Shown here one piece after another: positions 35,362-47,554 of a stretch of DNA of 64,000 bases (the stretch's first letter is position 1; every line of letters starts with the position of its first letter). The notes under the pieces were generated by a model. That model was not told the origin of the DNA. It saw nothing but the letters and a program-made list of their open reading frames with translations, and searched no databases. The position numbers were made by a program, and so were the translations under genes. The DNA is from Balamuthia mandrillaris (taxonomy: Eukaryota): the NCBI GenBank assembly GCA_031835245.2, contig JAVKOQ020000010.1, positions 372,001 to 436,000 on the forward strand, read 5' to 3'.

Positions 35362-38300
35362 ATGGCAGCAGCGAGGCGACAACACCGTGGCGGAGGCTTT
35401 GGCGTGACGAAAGCGGAGCTGGCCGAGCTGGTGACTGCGGAGCGGAAGGCGGTCAGGCAGACCCTCAAGGAGTGGGGCGGCCTTTCGGGGCTTGCTGACC
35501 TGTTGCATACCTCTTTGGAGAATGGCCTCAGCAAGCAGGAGGTGGAGGCTGGTGCCTCACAGCGAAAGGAGGCGTGAGTATCACTCTCTGTTCTTCTTAT
35601 TCTTTCAGTTATTCCTGTTCTTCTGCTTCTCCTTCTTGTTCATGTTCATGTTCATGTTCACTTCCTTCTCTTCTTCTTGATCTTCTTCTCAGTTCTTGTT
35701 CTAGTTCTTGTTCTTGTTCTAGTTCTTGTTCTTGTTCTTGTTCTTGTTCTTGCTCTTCTTGTTCTTCTTGTTCTTGTTCTAGTTCTAGTTCTTGTTCTTG
35801 TTCTTGTTCTTGTTCTTGCTCTTCTTGTTCTTCTTGTTCTTGTTCTTGTTCTTGTTCTTCTTCTTCTTCTTCTTCTTCTTCTTCTTCTTCTTCTTCTTCT
35901 TCTTCTTCTTCTTCTTCTTCTTCTTCTTCTCACTTTTTCTAAACTACTCTCATCTTACCAAAACATAAAGCTTTGGCGTGAACGAACTTCCAGAGCCGCC
36001 TTCTAAAGGCTTCTTCAGCATGCTATGGGAACAACTCACCGATACCACTATCATCATTTTAACCATTGCTGCCATTGTGTCTCTCATCTTTGGCATCCTT
36101 CTCCCAGAAGAAGGAGAAGAAGGCACTTCCTGGATCGAAGGTGCTGCTATTCTTGTTGCGGTCATCGTTGTGACCAACGTAGGGGCAGGCAACAACTATG
36201 CCAAAGAAAGACAGTTCAGAAAGTTGGACAAAGAGAAACAGGATAAACCTGTGGAAGTCCTTCGTGGAGGAAATCCGGTGGAGATATCGTCAAAGGATTT
36301 GATGGTAGGGGATATCGCGTTGCTGAACAATGGAGAACGCATTCCTGCTGATGGTTTCTTCATTGACGGAAGAGGAAGCGAAGGTTTGCTACTTTTTACC
36401 TTCATTCTGCTTTCGTTCTTTTCTTGCTTATGTAGGTATTCTTTGTAGCTTGCAGTGTTGATAACTCGGTGATGACTGGAGAAACAGTGGCAGTTCATGT
36501 GACTCGCAAGTCGCCTGTAATGCTTTCTGGGTCCACGGTTCGTGTTTTTTTTTTTAAAAAAAAATTTAGGCTTCTCGTTATTTCTTAGCAGTTACGGGTT
36601 ATATGGTGTCACAGATTGCAGAAGGTCTGGCAAAAATGCTGGTAATTGCAGTAGGCGAAGACTCTCAGTACGGACAGCTGTTCAAGAAACTGCAAGAACC
36701 TAAAACAGAAACGCCCTTGGAATCTAAGCTGGATAGTTTGGCAACCTGTACGTTTTACTTTCCCACTTGGTCCGTTGCTTTTGCACCAGAGACCATAACA
36801 AACACAAATAAAAGGGATTGGATGGGGTGGTTTGGGAGCAGCAGTGGTCATATTTGTGGTGCTGCTTGTCATTTGGATTATCCAAACGGCAACAGGTACA
36901 GAGACACTGGTTAATTGTGTACCGTTTAAGTTCATGGACACCGTCTATTCTGTTTGCACGTATGCTCACTCTCTTTCCTCTTCTCTCTTCGCGAGAAATC
37001 ATGATTCTTTATCGTTCTCATATTTCGTTTGCAAATGACAACAACAAGCTCGAGAGAGGAAGATAAGACATTTAGCTGGGACGATCTGCCAACAATCGTA
37101 CGATTTGCCATCATTGCTATAACCATCGTGGTAGTAGCAGTGCCCGAAGGTCTTCCTTTGGCCGTCACTTTGTCCTTAGCTTATTCCATGAAGAAAATGA
37201 TGAATGACAACTGTTTGGTACGACGGTTGGCTGCCTGCGAGACCATGGGCGGTGCTACCAACATATGCTCCGACAAAACGGGCACCTTGACAGAAAATCG
37301 AATGACCGTTGTGCAGGTATATTTTATTTCTTTGGTTTTTTGTTATCTTGAGTTCGTTTTCGTTTGACTCGTTCTTCTTTTTCTTTCTTGCTTTCTTTCT
37401 TTCTTACTTTCGTGTTCAAAATTAACAATTCGCAAAAGGGATGGGTGGCCGGTCAAAAATTTGATAAAGTGCCGCTAGACTTTGAGCTAGATGAAGAAAT
37501 TGCAACTTTGTTGTCTGAAAGCATTGCTGTTAACTCCAAAGCCGACGTCGTTCCTGCTCAAGAAGTTGAACAGGTTTCTTGCTTCCCTTTGTTCGTCTAT
37601 TACTGGCGTCTAACAAACAACCAAACTTACTGTCTATAGAACAAGAAATCAAAAAACAAAAAAGCATCAAGAGAGTTAAAGCAGGCAGCTGCCGCTGCTC
37701 CTGGCCTGCCAGTATTCTTGGGCAACAAAACCGAGTGCGCTTTGTTGGTCTTTGCTGGAGAAATCATGCCTGAAGGATGGGAATACAGAAAAGTTCGAGA
37801 CCAATACGAGTCGGAACATAGAATATGCCATCTTTTTAACTTCACATCTGATAGAAAGAGAATGAGCACAGTAGTTCGAAATGAGAAAGGAGATAGTAAA
37901 TACAGGCTATTTACCAAAGGAGCCAGTGAAACTATTCTCGAACATTCTCAATTCATCATGGAGGATAATGGCTCCGTGAGTAAGATAGACGAACAAATGA
38001 GGCGTCAATTGGCTTCTTGCATCGATGATATGGCCAACAATGGTTTCTTCTTCGTTCCTCTTTGTTCGTTTTTCTTCGTTCTTATTCTCAACTTTTTTTC
38101 ATTTTCTTTTTCTATTTAGGTCTTAGAACAATTGGCCTGGCATTTCGAGACTTGGACCACGAAACTGAATGGAAACCAAACGAAAGCGATCCTGAATGGC
38201 AACCACCCGAAAACAACCTAGTGTTAATTTCTCTCGTTGGTATTGAGGTTTGTTAATGCTGCCTCTTCTGTTTTATTCATTCAGACACAATGAATTGAAT

Positions 38301-39813
38301 TGTTGTCTTTAGGATCCTATAAGAGAAGCTGTGCCTCATGCAGTGCAGCAGTGTCAAGAGGCTGGCATATTTGTTCGCATGGTTACTGGCGACAGTATCC
38401 TTTTCTTTCTTCATTTTCCATTTCCCTCTTTTGAGTATCTTCTGAAGGAACATTTACGTTATTCCTTTAACTCAATTACAATAATAGACCTTAAAACAGC
38501 AAAAAAGATAGCAAAGGATTGTGGAATTCTGACGGAAGGAGGAATGGCCATGGAAGGTCCCCAGTTTAGGAACTTAAGTGACTCTGAAATTGACAAAATA
38601 TTGCCAAAACTTCAAGTACTGGCTCGCTCCATTCCCTCTGACAAGCAAAGACTTGTAGAACGGTGCGTTTTCTTTCCTCGGTTCCCGCGTACTATCCCAT
38701 TGCCTTGCTTAACAACGCAAATTTATACTTGTACAACAGGTTGAAGGAAAACAGAGAAGTCGTAGCTGTAACAGGGGATGGGACTAACGATGGCCCTGCC
38801 TTAAAGGCTGCTCATGTTGGCTTGGCAATGGGTCTCAGCGGTACTGATGTAGCCAAACAAGCCTCTGGTGCGTTGTTCACCCATAGCTGTTTGTTCTTAT
38901 TCTTATTCATAACTAGTTTTATCGCGATTGTTTTTCGTTCAGATATTGTCATTCTGGACGACAACTTCAAGTCAATAGTGATGGCTGTAATGTGGGGCCG
39001 TTGTGTCTACGACAACATCAAAAAATTTCTTCAGTTCCAACTTACTGTCAACTTTGTACGTCTTTCCGAGCTTTCTCATAAACACCTGTGTTCATATTTT
39101 TTTTACCATGGATCATAGTCGGCTCTGCTCTTTGCTTTGATAGCAGCGATGGCTCAGCGCGGTACTCCGCTTTACGCGGTTCAGTTGCTTTGGGTGAATC
39201 TTATTATGGACACGATGGCCGCTCTTGCCCTTGGCACCGAAAAACCAACCCCTGATCTCTTGAAACGGAAACCTTATGGCCTTGAAGAAAAAGTGCCCAT
39301 CTCTGCCATCATGTATAGAAACATTGTGGGACAAGGCCTTTATCAGGTACGTACACACTCTCTCACTCTCCGTTTCTGTTCTTCGTTTCCACCCTTAAAT
39401 ATTGTATTGTATTGCAGTTAGGGGTGTTATGCACGTTATTGTTTGCTGGAAGTTACATTCTTGGAGTGAAGGACGGAGGAGTAGTCCATTATACAATGAT
39501 CTTCAATACCTTTGTTTGGATGCAAGTCTTTAACGAGATCAACTCGCGTAAAGTAAACGATGGTATTATTTTCTCCCTCGTAATTTTCTACTGGTCCTTT
39601 CGAGTGTAACAAATTTGTTTTCCTACAAAAGAGTGGAATGTGTTCGCTGGCATATTTACCAACTGGTTGTTTTTGGGAGTATTGTTGATAACGGTGGTCC
39701 TGCAGACCATTTTGGTCCAGTTTGGAGGCGAGGCGCTGCGTACCACTGGTCTTAATTGGTACCAGTGGCTTATTTGTATTGGTCTTGGTGCTTTCAGCAT
39801 CCCTTTGGGTATA

Positions 39814-39855
<42 letters not shown>

Positions 39856-40233
39856 CTCTCTTGAGCTTAGTTCTAACGTGTTATGGATGTAGCATTTATT
39901 ATTCGTCTTTTCCCGATTGTGTCCATTTTGAATTGCATTCGTGTCAAGCGAAGAGGACCAGCTGACGATGAAAGGAGACCGCTAACTGCTCACGACGATG
40001 ACGATGAGGATGACGACGAGGAAGACGACGAAGATCTCTATCGCTTGAATCTCGCTGAAAAAGGAATCAGTTCAACGGCAGATTCTTCTTCCTCTTCTGC
40101 CGACGCTGGAAAAGAGGAGAAAGGCAAAGAAATCCAGAAAGGAACAAGCAACAAAGCAGAGGCGGGCAGCAGTTCCGGCGAAAAGGCGAACGAAAACGAT
40201 GGCGATGATGGTGGCGATGCCAACTCCTTCTGA
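35362..40233 (+). CDS. Plasma-membrane-type Ca2+-ATPase (P2B/PMCA, PatA-like)
   Basis: TGET actuator motif, [64 protein letters not shown] ending at 40233. Confidence 0.97.
35630..35930. repeat. Compound intronic microsatellite (GTTCAT)/(GTTCTT)n-(CTT)n
   Basis: Direct reading in PMCA intron 1. Confidence 0.95.
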
Positions 40234-40877
40234 AAAACAAACAACAGTTGAAACAGGAAAAACGTAGAAAATCGATGAACAAACCTACGCAAAAGAAAGC
40301 AATAAACAAGCAAAAGAAAAGAGATTGGTTTGCCAACAAACTTAAAAACAGGCAAACTCGCATTGGCCGTTGCTTTAAATTTCCGGGAAGTTTATCGGGA
40401 GGTTTCCAGGGAGATCGGAGTTGACACCGCTCAAATTAGGGAAGTTGCCACGCAAGGATGGTTTTTTTTGGCGACAATCGTCGTAAATTTCAGGGAACCA
40501 GCCAACAAAGCGTGAAAAAAAAAACAAGAAGCAACGAAAGAGAGAGAGAGAGCGTAAAAGGCCAACAACAAAAGAAAAGATAAGACAAGAAGTGAAATTT
40601 GGTATTTTGTGTGAAGGGACGTGACAAGTACGAAGAGACGAAATATATATATACCATTTTTTTTTTTTTTGACGTAGCGGCAGCAGCAAAGAAAGTAGAC
40701 AAGTTTTTTTTTTTGATTTTTTTGCAGTTTTTTTTTTAAAAAAAGAAGTAGAGAGAGGGGGAAAAAAACTAAATCGAGTAGCAAAGAAGAAGAGAACACA
40801 TACGGGTGAAGCAAAGAGGCGCCTCTTCCCTCTTTTTTTTTTAAAAAAAAAACCAACAAAGGCTTTGATTGGAATCA

Positions 40878-43559
40878 ATGGCAGAAAGGGCAGTCGTCTT
40901 TGCGGACGCGGAGTTTGCTGCGAGCGGTTGGGAAGCGGTGGTGCTCTCCCGTGCCATTCGCTTCCAAGGGGAGGAGAACAGACGGGAGTGGAATCTGGCC
41001 CCGTGGGACGTCTTCCAGGAGCAGACCACCAGAGAGAACAGCGGAGGGAACCCCCAAGGAGCTTTCAGGCAATCCAAGGTCGTACTACCGCCTCCTGTGG
41101 AGACCTGGGAAGATGGCAAGCCCTCCAAGCGCTACGTGACCACCGCCCATTTGTGCAGCTCTGCCACGTTTGATCCCCGAGAACTTGGAGAGGTGGCCGC
41201 CATCGATTGTTCCTTTGACCTGTTGAACGTTTGTCCCACCACCAACAACGGCGAAGGAAGAGCAGCGGAGGAGGTGAAGGTCAAGTACGCCCTGTTGGCG
41301 GAACAAGGAGGCCGTTTCTTTTGCTCACCCTTTGCCACGGTGCCTCAGGAAGGGGGTCAATGGCAAGGGTTCGTTATGACCGACCTCAAAGCCGAACACT
41401 TTCACAATGTAGCAACTCCGCTTCTTCCTTCTTCCGCTGCTTCAGCAACTTTGGAACAACCGGAAGGAGAATTTGCGTTTGCTGGAGACAGAGTCCGTTT
41501 CGGTTTCCTGGTTCGGACCACTTTCACCGGGGTGGAGGGTGGGGTTGCCATTACCGGTATTGACAACTGGAAAGTGGTAGTCATGCACAAGCCCGCACCA
41601 CATGCAGCTGGGCAGAGCAACGCGAACACAGCCAACCAAGTGCAGATGTTGGAAGAGGAGCTAGCAGCACAGAAGCAGCGTTGTGAAGAGTTGATGCAAC
41701 GACTGTCTCTTTGTGCAAGCGATGATGGAACGAAGAGTCAACAACGGACTACTACTCGCCCCATGCAGAACAAGAAAGAAAAGGAGAAGGAAAAGGAAAC
41801 TGACGGGAAGAAGAAGCAGACAAACGGTGGCGAAGAAAATGGTTTCACGTCTGTGGTGAAGGCTGCACAGGGAAAGTTAACACGAATGGAAGAGCAACGC
41901 AGAAAGGAAAGGATCAAGTGGAAGAAAGAAATGGCAGTGGTGTCCAAGGAGCTAGACGAGGAACGCAAACTTAGCGCTGAGCTAAAGCAAAAGCTTTGCA
42001 ATTTGGAAGATCAGCTTTTGTCGGCGAGCGCCAGAGCCGCAGAGAAGGAGGATCAGTCCCAACTGGCTGCGGAAGAGGTAGAACGGCTGCGCGGAGCCCT
42101 GAGCGATGCCTCCAACGCTCAAGCAGAATTGGAACAAAAGCTTAAGGCAGCACTGATTCAAGGAGACCAAATGGAGGCCGCTCTAAGCAAGGAAGTAGAA
42201 GCCAGAGCGGAGCTTGGCTTGCTGTTGAAAACCAGAACGGAGGAAGCAGAGTTTAACAGAGCACAATGGAAAGAAGAGAAGGCTGCGTTGGAACAACAGA
42301 GCGAAGCTACCGTTCAGGACCTCTCCAAACGATTCGAGCACGAAAAGGAGGTTGCATTGGAGGAGCTTCGACAAACATTGGAACAAAGCAAAGAATGTGA
42401 GTTAGACAAGCTTCGACAGGAATTAGAGGGTGCCTCCGCTCGTGCCGAAGAGGCCATCCGACGGGTTCAACAACTGAAGGAAGTGTTGGAAGGATTGGAA
42501 GCGAACAATGCTGCTCACCAACTCAGGATCGCGGAGCTGGAGACATCATTGTACGAACTGAACGAGACGCGAAGCCAATTGGAGGACAATGTCAAGGACC
42601 TTAGTGCTTACGCCGAGACTTTGGATGTCTCCCTGAGAGAAGAGAAGAAGAAAAACGCATCACTTATCCTCGAACTGGAAGATAGAGCCTTGCGAGAAGA
42701 CACGTTGAAGCAACAACTGGAGAAGGAGAAGCGGTCGGGAGAAGAGGCCATCATAGCGTTAAAGCAAGAGTTGGAAAATAAGCAAAAAGAGTTGGATGAG
42801 GTTCTCTCCGACAGAGACTCTTTGCAAGAGTGCAACCAACACCTCGAAGAACAACTAAAGACGATACAAAACGTCGTAAGCAAATTGGAAGAGGAAAAAG
42901 ACACTCTCCAACACACCATCTCTGTTCTCACCGAAGAGGAGAGGAAGCTTCGAAAGGACAACGAAGCCATGGTCTTCATCTCTAAGCAAGAGACTCGCGA
43001 GAAACAAAGAGAAATTGACGTCCTTAAGAAGCTCTATGAGGAGGAACAACAGAAAGCGGAACTTCTCTCACAACGGTGGAAGAAAGAAGCTCAACAGCAA
43101 AAACAAGAATTTCTCCAGAAGGAAGGCGCTTTTCGTAAGGATCTGGATGACGAAAGAGCCGCTCGAAGACGACTCCTGGAAAAAGTGATGGAAATGGAAG
43201 AACAGGCGGTTCTCGAGAAGGAGGAACACAGGAGAAAGCTGCAACAAGTGGAGGAGGACAAGAGAGCAGCTCTGAAGATGGTGGAACAAATGTACGAAGC
43301 GCGTATTGCGGCTTTGGAGGAGAGAATGAAGGAGGAGCAGAAGAAGAGGGAGGAGGAGGCCAGAAAGCGAGAAGAGGACATGGAAAACGAGAGGGCCGGG
43401 TGGGAGGAGGAGTTTGAGAAGGAACGCTTGGCAAGGATGAAGGCCGAGCAGGCGCTGCAGGAGCTGAACGAGATCTTTGGAAAGGTGGGCGAGGAGGAAG
43501 AGAACGAGTGGGAGTTTGTGGAGGAGGAAGAAGGGCAGAAAGAGGGATACGATGAGTGA
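40878..43559 (+). CDS. Intronless ~890-aa protein: N-terminal beta-sandwich-like domain plus a very long coiled coil
   Basis: ATG 40878; GGNPQG...FDP...VRFGF...GIDNWKV domain in the first ~235 aa, then ~600 aa of E/K/Q/L heptads. Confidence 0.85.
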   Translation: MAERAVVFADAEFAASGWEAVVLSRAIRFQGEENRREWNLAPWDVFQEQTTRENSGGNPQGAFRQSKVVLPPPVETWEDGKPSKRYVTTAHLCSSATFDPRELGEVAAIDCSFDLLNVCPTTNNGEGRAAEEVKVKYALLAEQGGRFFCSPFATVPQEGGQWQGFVMTDLKAEHFHNVATPLLPSSAASATLEQPEGEFAFAGDRVRFGFLVRTTFTGVEGGVAITGIDNWKVVVMHKPAPHAAGQSNANTANQVQMLEEELAAQKQRCEELMQRLSLCASDDGTKSQQRTTTRPMQNKKEKEKEKETDGKKKQTNGGEENGFTSVVKAAQGKLTRMEEQRRKERIKWKKEMAVVSKELDEERKLSAELKQKLCNLEDQLLSASARAAEKEDQSQLAAEEVERLRGALSDASNAQAELEQKLKAALIQGDQMEAALSKEVEARAELGLLLKTRTEEAEFNRAQWKEEKAALEQQSEATVQDLSKRFEHEKEVALEELRQTLEQSKECELDKLRQELEGASARAEEAIRRVQQLKEVLEGLEANNAAHQLRIAELETSLYELNETRSQLEDNVKDLSAYAETLDVSLREEKKKNASLILELEDRALREDTLKQQLEKEKRSGEEAIIALKQELENKQKELDEVLSDRDSLQECNQHLEEQLKTIQNVVSKLEEEKDTLQHTISVLTEEERKLRKDNEAMVFISKQETREKQREIDVLKKLYEEEQQKAELLSQRWKKEAQQQKQEFLQKEGAFRKDLDDERAARRRLLEKVMEMEEQAVLEKEEHRRKLQQVEEDKRAALKMVEQMYEARIAALEERMKEEQKKREEEARKREEDMENERAGWEEEFEKERLARMKAEQALQELNEIFGKVGEEEENEWEFVEEEEGQKEGYDE

Positions 43560-43870
43560 GCGCTTACGCCTTGGGACTTTTTTTTTGTTTGGCTGTTTAC
43601 ACACTGTAAGTAGAGTTTAATATGTGAAAAAAAAAAGAAACAAAAAGAACTTCTTCTCCTATTCTTTCTCTTGGTAGGGCACTTTCTCCTTTGGATCATG
43701 TAACGCCTTCCTTCCACTTCCTCCGTGGTTGTTGTTGTGAAGGAAGGTGCCAGACGTTCTAGAAGGGGGCAGGTGACCGTTTTTTCCTCGAACGTAGTGC
43801 TCCGGTTGGCCAGAGCAAGAAAACAAATAGGAAAGCATGCTCGCGCAGACTCCCCGCCGGGAGCCCTCCC

Positions 43871-44628
43871 TACAAGGGCATCATGGACTGCTTCCGCCGC
43901 GCGGTCGCCGAGCAGGGCCTCCTCTGCTTCTGGGGGGGGGGGCAACCTCACCAACGTCATCCGCTACGTCCCCACCCAGGCCTTCAACTTGGCCTTCAAG
44001 GACTCCATCAAGTTGCTGTTCCCCCGCTACGACCCCACCGCCCAGTTCGGTCAGTTCTTCCTCGTCCAAATGGCTTCCGGTGGGTTGGCTGGGGCAGGCT
44101 CCCTCTGCTTGGTCTACCCGTTGGACTGCGCTCGAATCCGCCTGGCTGCCGACGTTGGCAACGGCAAGAGGGACTTCAACGGCCTGGCTGACTGCCTGGC
44201 CAAATCGGCCAGAGGGCCTCGTGGCTTGCTGAGCCTCTACAACGGCTTTGATGGCGGCCATCATTCCCTACCGTGGCGTTTACTTTGGGCTGTACGACTC
44301 CCTCCGCGAGAAGAACCCCTGGAAGAACGACCTCGGCACGCTTGGCGTTGCCTCCAGATATGGACTGGCCCATACCACAGCACTCGCTGCCGCTTACGCT
44401 TCTCACCCGTTCGTCACGGTTCGTCGTCGCTTGCAGACGGGCTCGGACAAAGCCAAGGGCGCCGTGGACTGCTTTTGCAAGATCGTGAGGGAGGAGGGCG
44501 TGCGCGCCCTCTACCGCGACGCCCACGCCAACGTGTATTGGGTCGTTGGCTCAGCTCTCGTCCTGGTCTTCTACGATCAGCTGCAAGGCATGCTCGGCCT
44601 CCACCTGTGTTCACCTGGCAGCGAATGA
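43871..44628 (+). pseudogene. ADP/ATP translocase (ANT/AAC) pseudogene: 5'-truncated, intronless, frameshifted
   Basis: [13 protein letters not shown] / [53 protein letters not shown]. +1 shift in the G11 run 43932-43942 and a ~8-nt deletion near 44250; helix-1 region absent. Confidence 0.88.
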
Positions 44629-44923
44629 GACAAAGCCAGCCCGCTGGCTTGGCCATGCTGCTCGTTGCTTCTTTTGCTCTCCTTGGCGCTGTTTTTTTAT
44701 TTATTGCCTTTGCGGTTCTCCTGTTCGACAAGGAGAGCGCTTCTCTCTCCTGCCCCTTCATGAATAGAGACCTCTGCGCGCTCCTATCCCACCCTGGCTC
44801 TTCTCCATACTATCCTAATTTGTGCTGCACACAACGTTTGGAGCAACAGCGGGGGCTTTGGGGAAAGGTGGGGAAACAGAAAGAGGAAAGAACAGGGCGA
44901 GCCTCTTAAAAGCGGAGTCAACG

Positions 44924-46382
44924 ATGGGGGGTCGGAAAGGAGCAAAGCAGTGTGGGGAACGGTCAGTGTTGTTCCCTTCCCCCTTCCTCCTCCCTTTGGT
45001 ATTCATGAATACGGTCTGCTGACTTTTTGTTTTGAAGACAAAAGGTGTGCCACGGCCAGCGAGCCAGGTTCTTTGAGGACGGCAAGCTATGGATGCCAGT
45101 GTGGGCAGTGGTGGCTGTCGTGGCGTTCGGGGTCTTTGTGAACGGGCTGTGGGGTGGCTTCGTCTTTGATGACCGAGTGGCGGTGGTGGAGAGCAAAGAC
45201 GTTTCAGGGGAGAACCCACTCTCCGAGTTGTGGTGGAACGACTTTTGGGGGGCCAGGATCAACGAACCTGGAGTGTGGACCTGCAAGGTATGAAACTTAC
45301 TGTCCTTTGTTGTTTTATCCTTGCTTCCTTTTGACACTCGGAAAACAAACAGTCTTATCGGCCGATCACTGTTCTCTCCTTTCGCCTCAATCGATATATT
45401 CACGGGCTCGACACCTTTGGCTACCATTTGGTGAACGTGTTGTTTCACGCCCTCACAGCCGTGTTGGTCTACTTCGTGGGTATGGTATGCTTCGAAGGCA
45501 ACACCATTCCCTCTGCCATGGCGGCGTTCTTCTTTGCGGTCCATCCCATTCACACGGAAGCTGTAGACAGCATCGTGGGACGCGCCGAAGTTCTCTATGC
45601 TGCTTGCTTTCTGCTGTGCTTCCTTTTCTACGTCGCTGGAGCCAGTTCTTCTTCTTCTTCTTCTGCTTCTTGTCCAAAGAGAGGATGGATGCTACTGTCA
45701 ATATCAGCAACGTTTTTTGTGATTGGCGTGTTCTCGAAGGAGATGGGTCTGATGGTTCTCTGCGTGACCTACATTTGGGACCTTCTCTACAACATGCGTT
45801 TAGCAAGTCTCGTCCATCAACAGGGACTATTCTCCTTCCTCAAGGTCCTCCAAACGAAGCTCCTCAAAGACGAAGAATGGAAGAGCTTTCTCAAGAGAAC
45901 TGCCCTTCACTTCTCGCTCGGTGGCCTCTTCCTTTTGCATCGATACTGGTGGGTCGGTGGTGTGGCAGGCATTCGCATGCAAGAACAGCACAACCCGTTG
46001 GCCTTCTCCTCTGGGCTCACTTGGTTCTACTCCCTGCTCTACATCCACTTTTACTATGGTTGGTTGCTGTTGTTCCCCTATCAACTCTCCGCCGACTATT
46101 CCAAGAGCTGCATCCCCCTCATCACTTCGTGGACTGATCCCCGCAACCTGCTCTCCATCAGCGCCTATGCTTCTCTATTAGCAGTGGTGCTAGCCGCCAT
46201 CTATTTCTTACGACGAGGAATGGAACAAAAGTACTCCAGACCTATATTGCTCTCCTTAGCTTGGATCGTGTTTCCTTTCCTTCCGGCCGCTCAGCTGTTG
46301 TTCGCACCTGGCACGTTGATCGCAGAGCGTGTTCTCTACGTTCCCTCTGTTGGTTTTTGCCTTTTGTTTGGTATTCATCTCT

Positions 46383-46414
<32 letters not shown>

Positions 46415-46819
46415 ACCTGTTGCAACATACTTCTAATTTTATGTGTCCTGTTAATAGCTTGGACGTTGTGGATGCTTCACCAGCACAAATACTTGAACAC
46501 CAAAACATTGGTAACGGTGTTCCTCATTGTCGTAGTGCTTTATGGAGCAAGGACTTGGACTAGAAATCCGGTCTGGTCCACGCAGTTGGCCCTCTTCAGT
46601 GCAGCCAGAGAGGTGTGTCCTGGCAGCGCCAAAGCTCAGTTCAACTACGGAGCTGAAATGGAGAACCATCACCGAGAGGAGGAAGCCATTCGCCCTTATG
46701 AACTCGCTATTGCGGCTGATCCGGACGATATAGCTCCTGTTGGTCGTCTTGGAAAGATTTATTTGAAGAGAAGCAACATTACTCGTGCTCTGAGCTATTA
46801 TGCGTTAGTCCTTTCTCTC

Positions 46820-46857
<38 letters not shown>

Positions 46858-47451
46858 GTTGTATATCTGATTTTTACGTGAGGATAGGAGGATAGCGAAT
46901 AATGTGCCAAAGCTAAGGCACGAGTTTGCATACCATGATCTGGGCTATATCATGACAAAGCTCAACCGGACTCAAAAGGCCATAAGTTTCTTCAAGTTCG
47001 CATCAAAGATCACTGAGCCAGGATCGCGTTACTATGGCGATGCAGAGAACAACTTAGGTAAGGCCTTTATATTTGCTATTCTTGTCCCATTTTCGCGTAC
47101 TTCTTCTTCTTCCTTTGTTATTTGCTCCATTGTTCATCTGACATGGATACTTTTGCAGGGTTAGTGTACCTGTCGCAGAAAAACTATACGTTGGCTTTGG
47201 AGTCCATGCAACAGGCGTTGAAGTTCAAACCAGGCAACGCTTTTGTGGAGAACAACTATGGCGTGGTGCTGTGGGAAATGAACATGAAGCAGGAGGCCAT
47301 ATATGCCTTCGAGAGAGCCATTAAGATCAACAAAAAGGAACCGAAGAAAGAGTGCAAGTTTGCAGTCTCCAATCTCGAAGAAGTCAAAAAGTACATTGCA
47401 AACAAACAGTACAAACCTGACCTGCAAACCAATGCTCTTCTTCAACCATAA
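44924..47451 (+). CDS. TMTC-family (GT-C plus TPR) protein O-mannosyltransferase-like
   Basis: FVFDD, NDFWG, SYRP, FAVHPIHTEAV..IVGRAE, SADYS, IAERVLYVPS, TWTRN..W, C-terminal TPRs; TAA ending at 47451. Confidence 0.92.
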
Positions 47452-47554
47452 AGGTAACAAATTTGCCTAGTCTCATATGTTTTCTCGTCCTGCTTCTTCT
47501 CCCTGTTCATCTCCATCAGTCAAGAGAAGAACATGATCACTTCTTCTTTCTGTG

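Noticed and set aside
35574..36006. Poly-R/T, poly-VL, poly-SC ORFs (also at 23635-24045, 28225-28564, 33422-33916)
   Set aside because: Translations of intronic or intergenic microsatellites.
43725..44909. 394-aa ORF as a real ANT fusion protein; ATGA overlap at 44625-44628
   Set aside because: Only the middle matches ANT and the rest is off-frame pseudogene read-through. The TM-like tail from 44625 has no further support.
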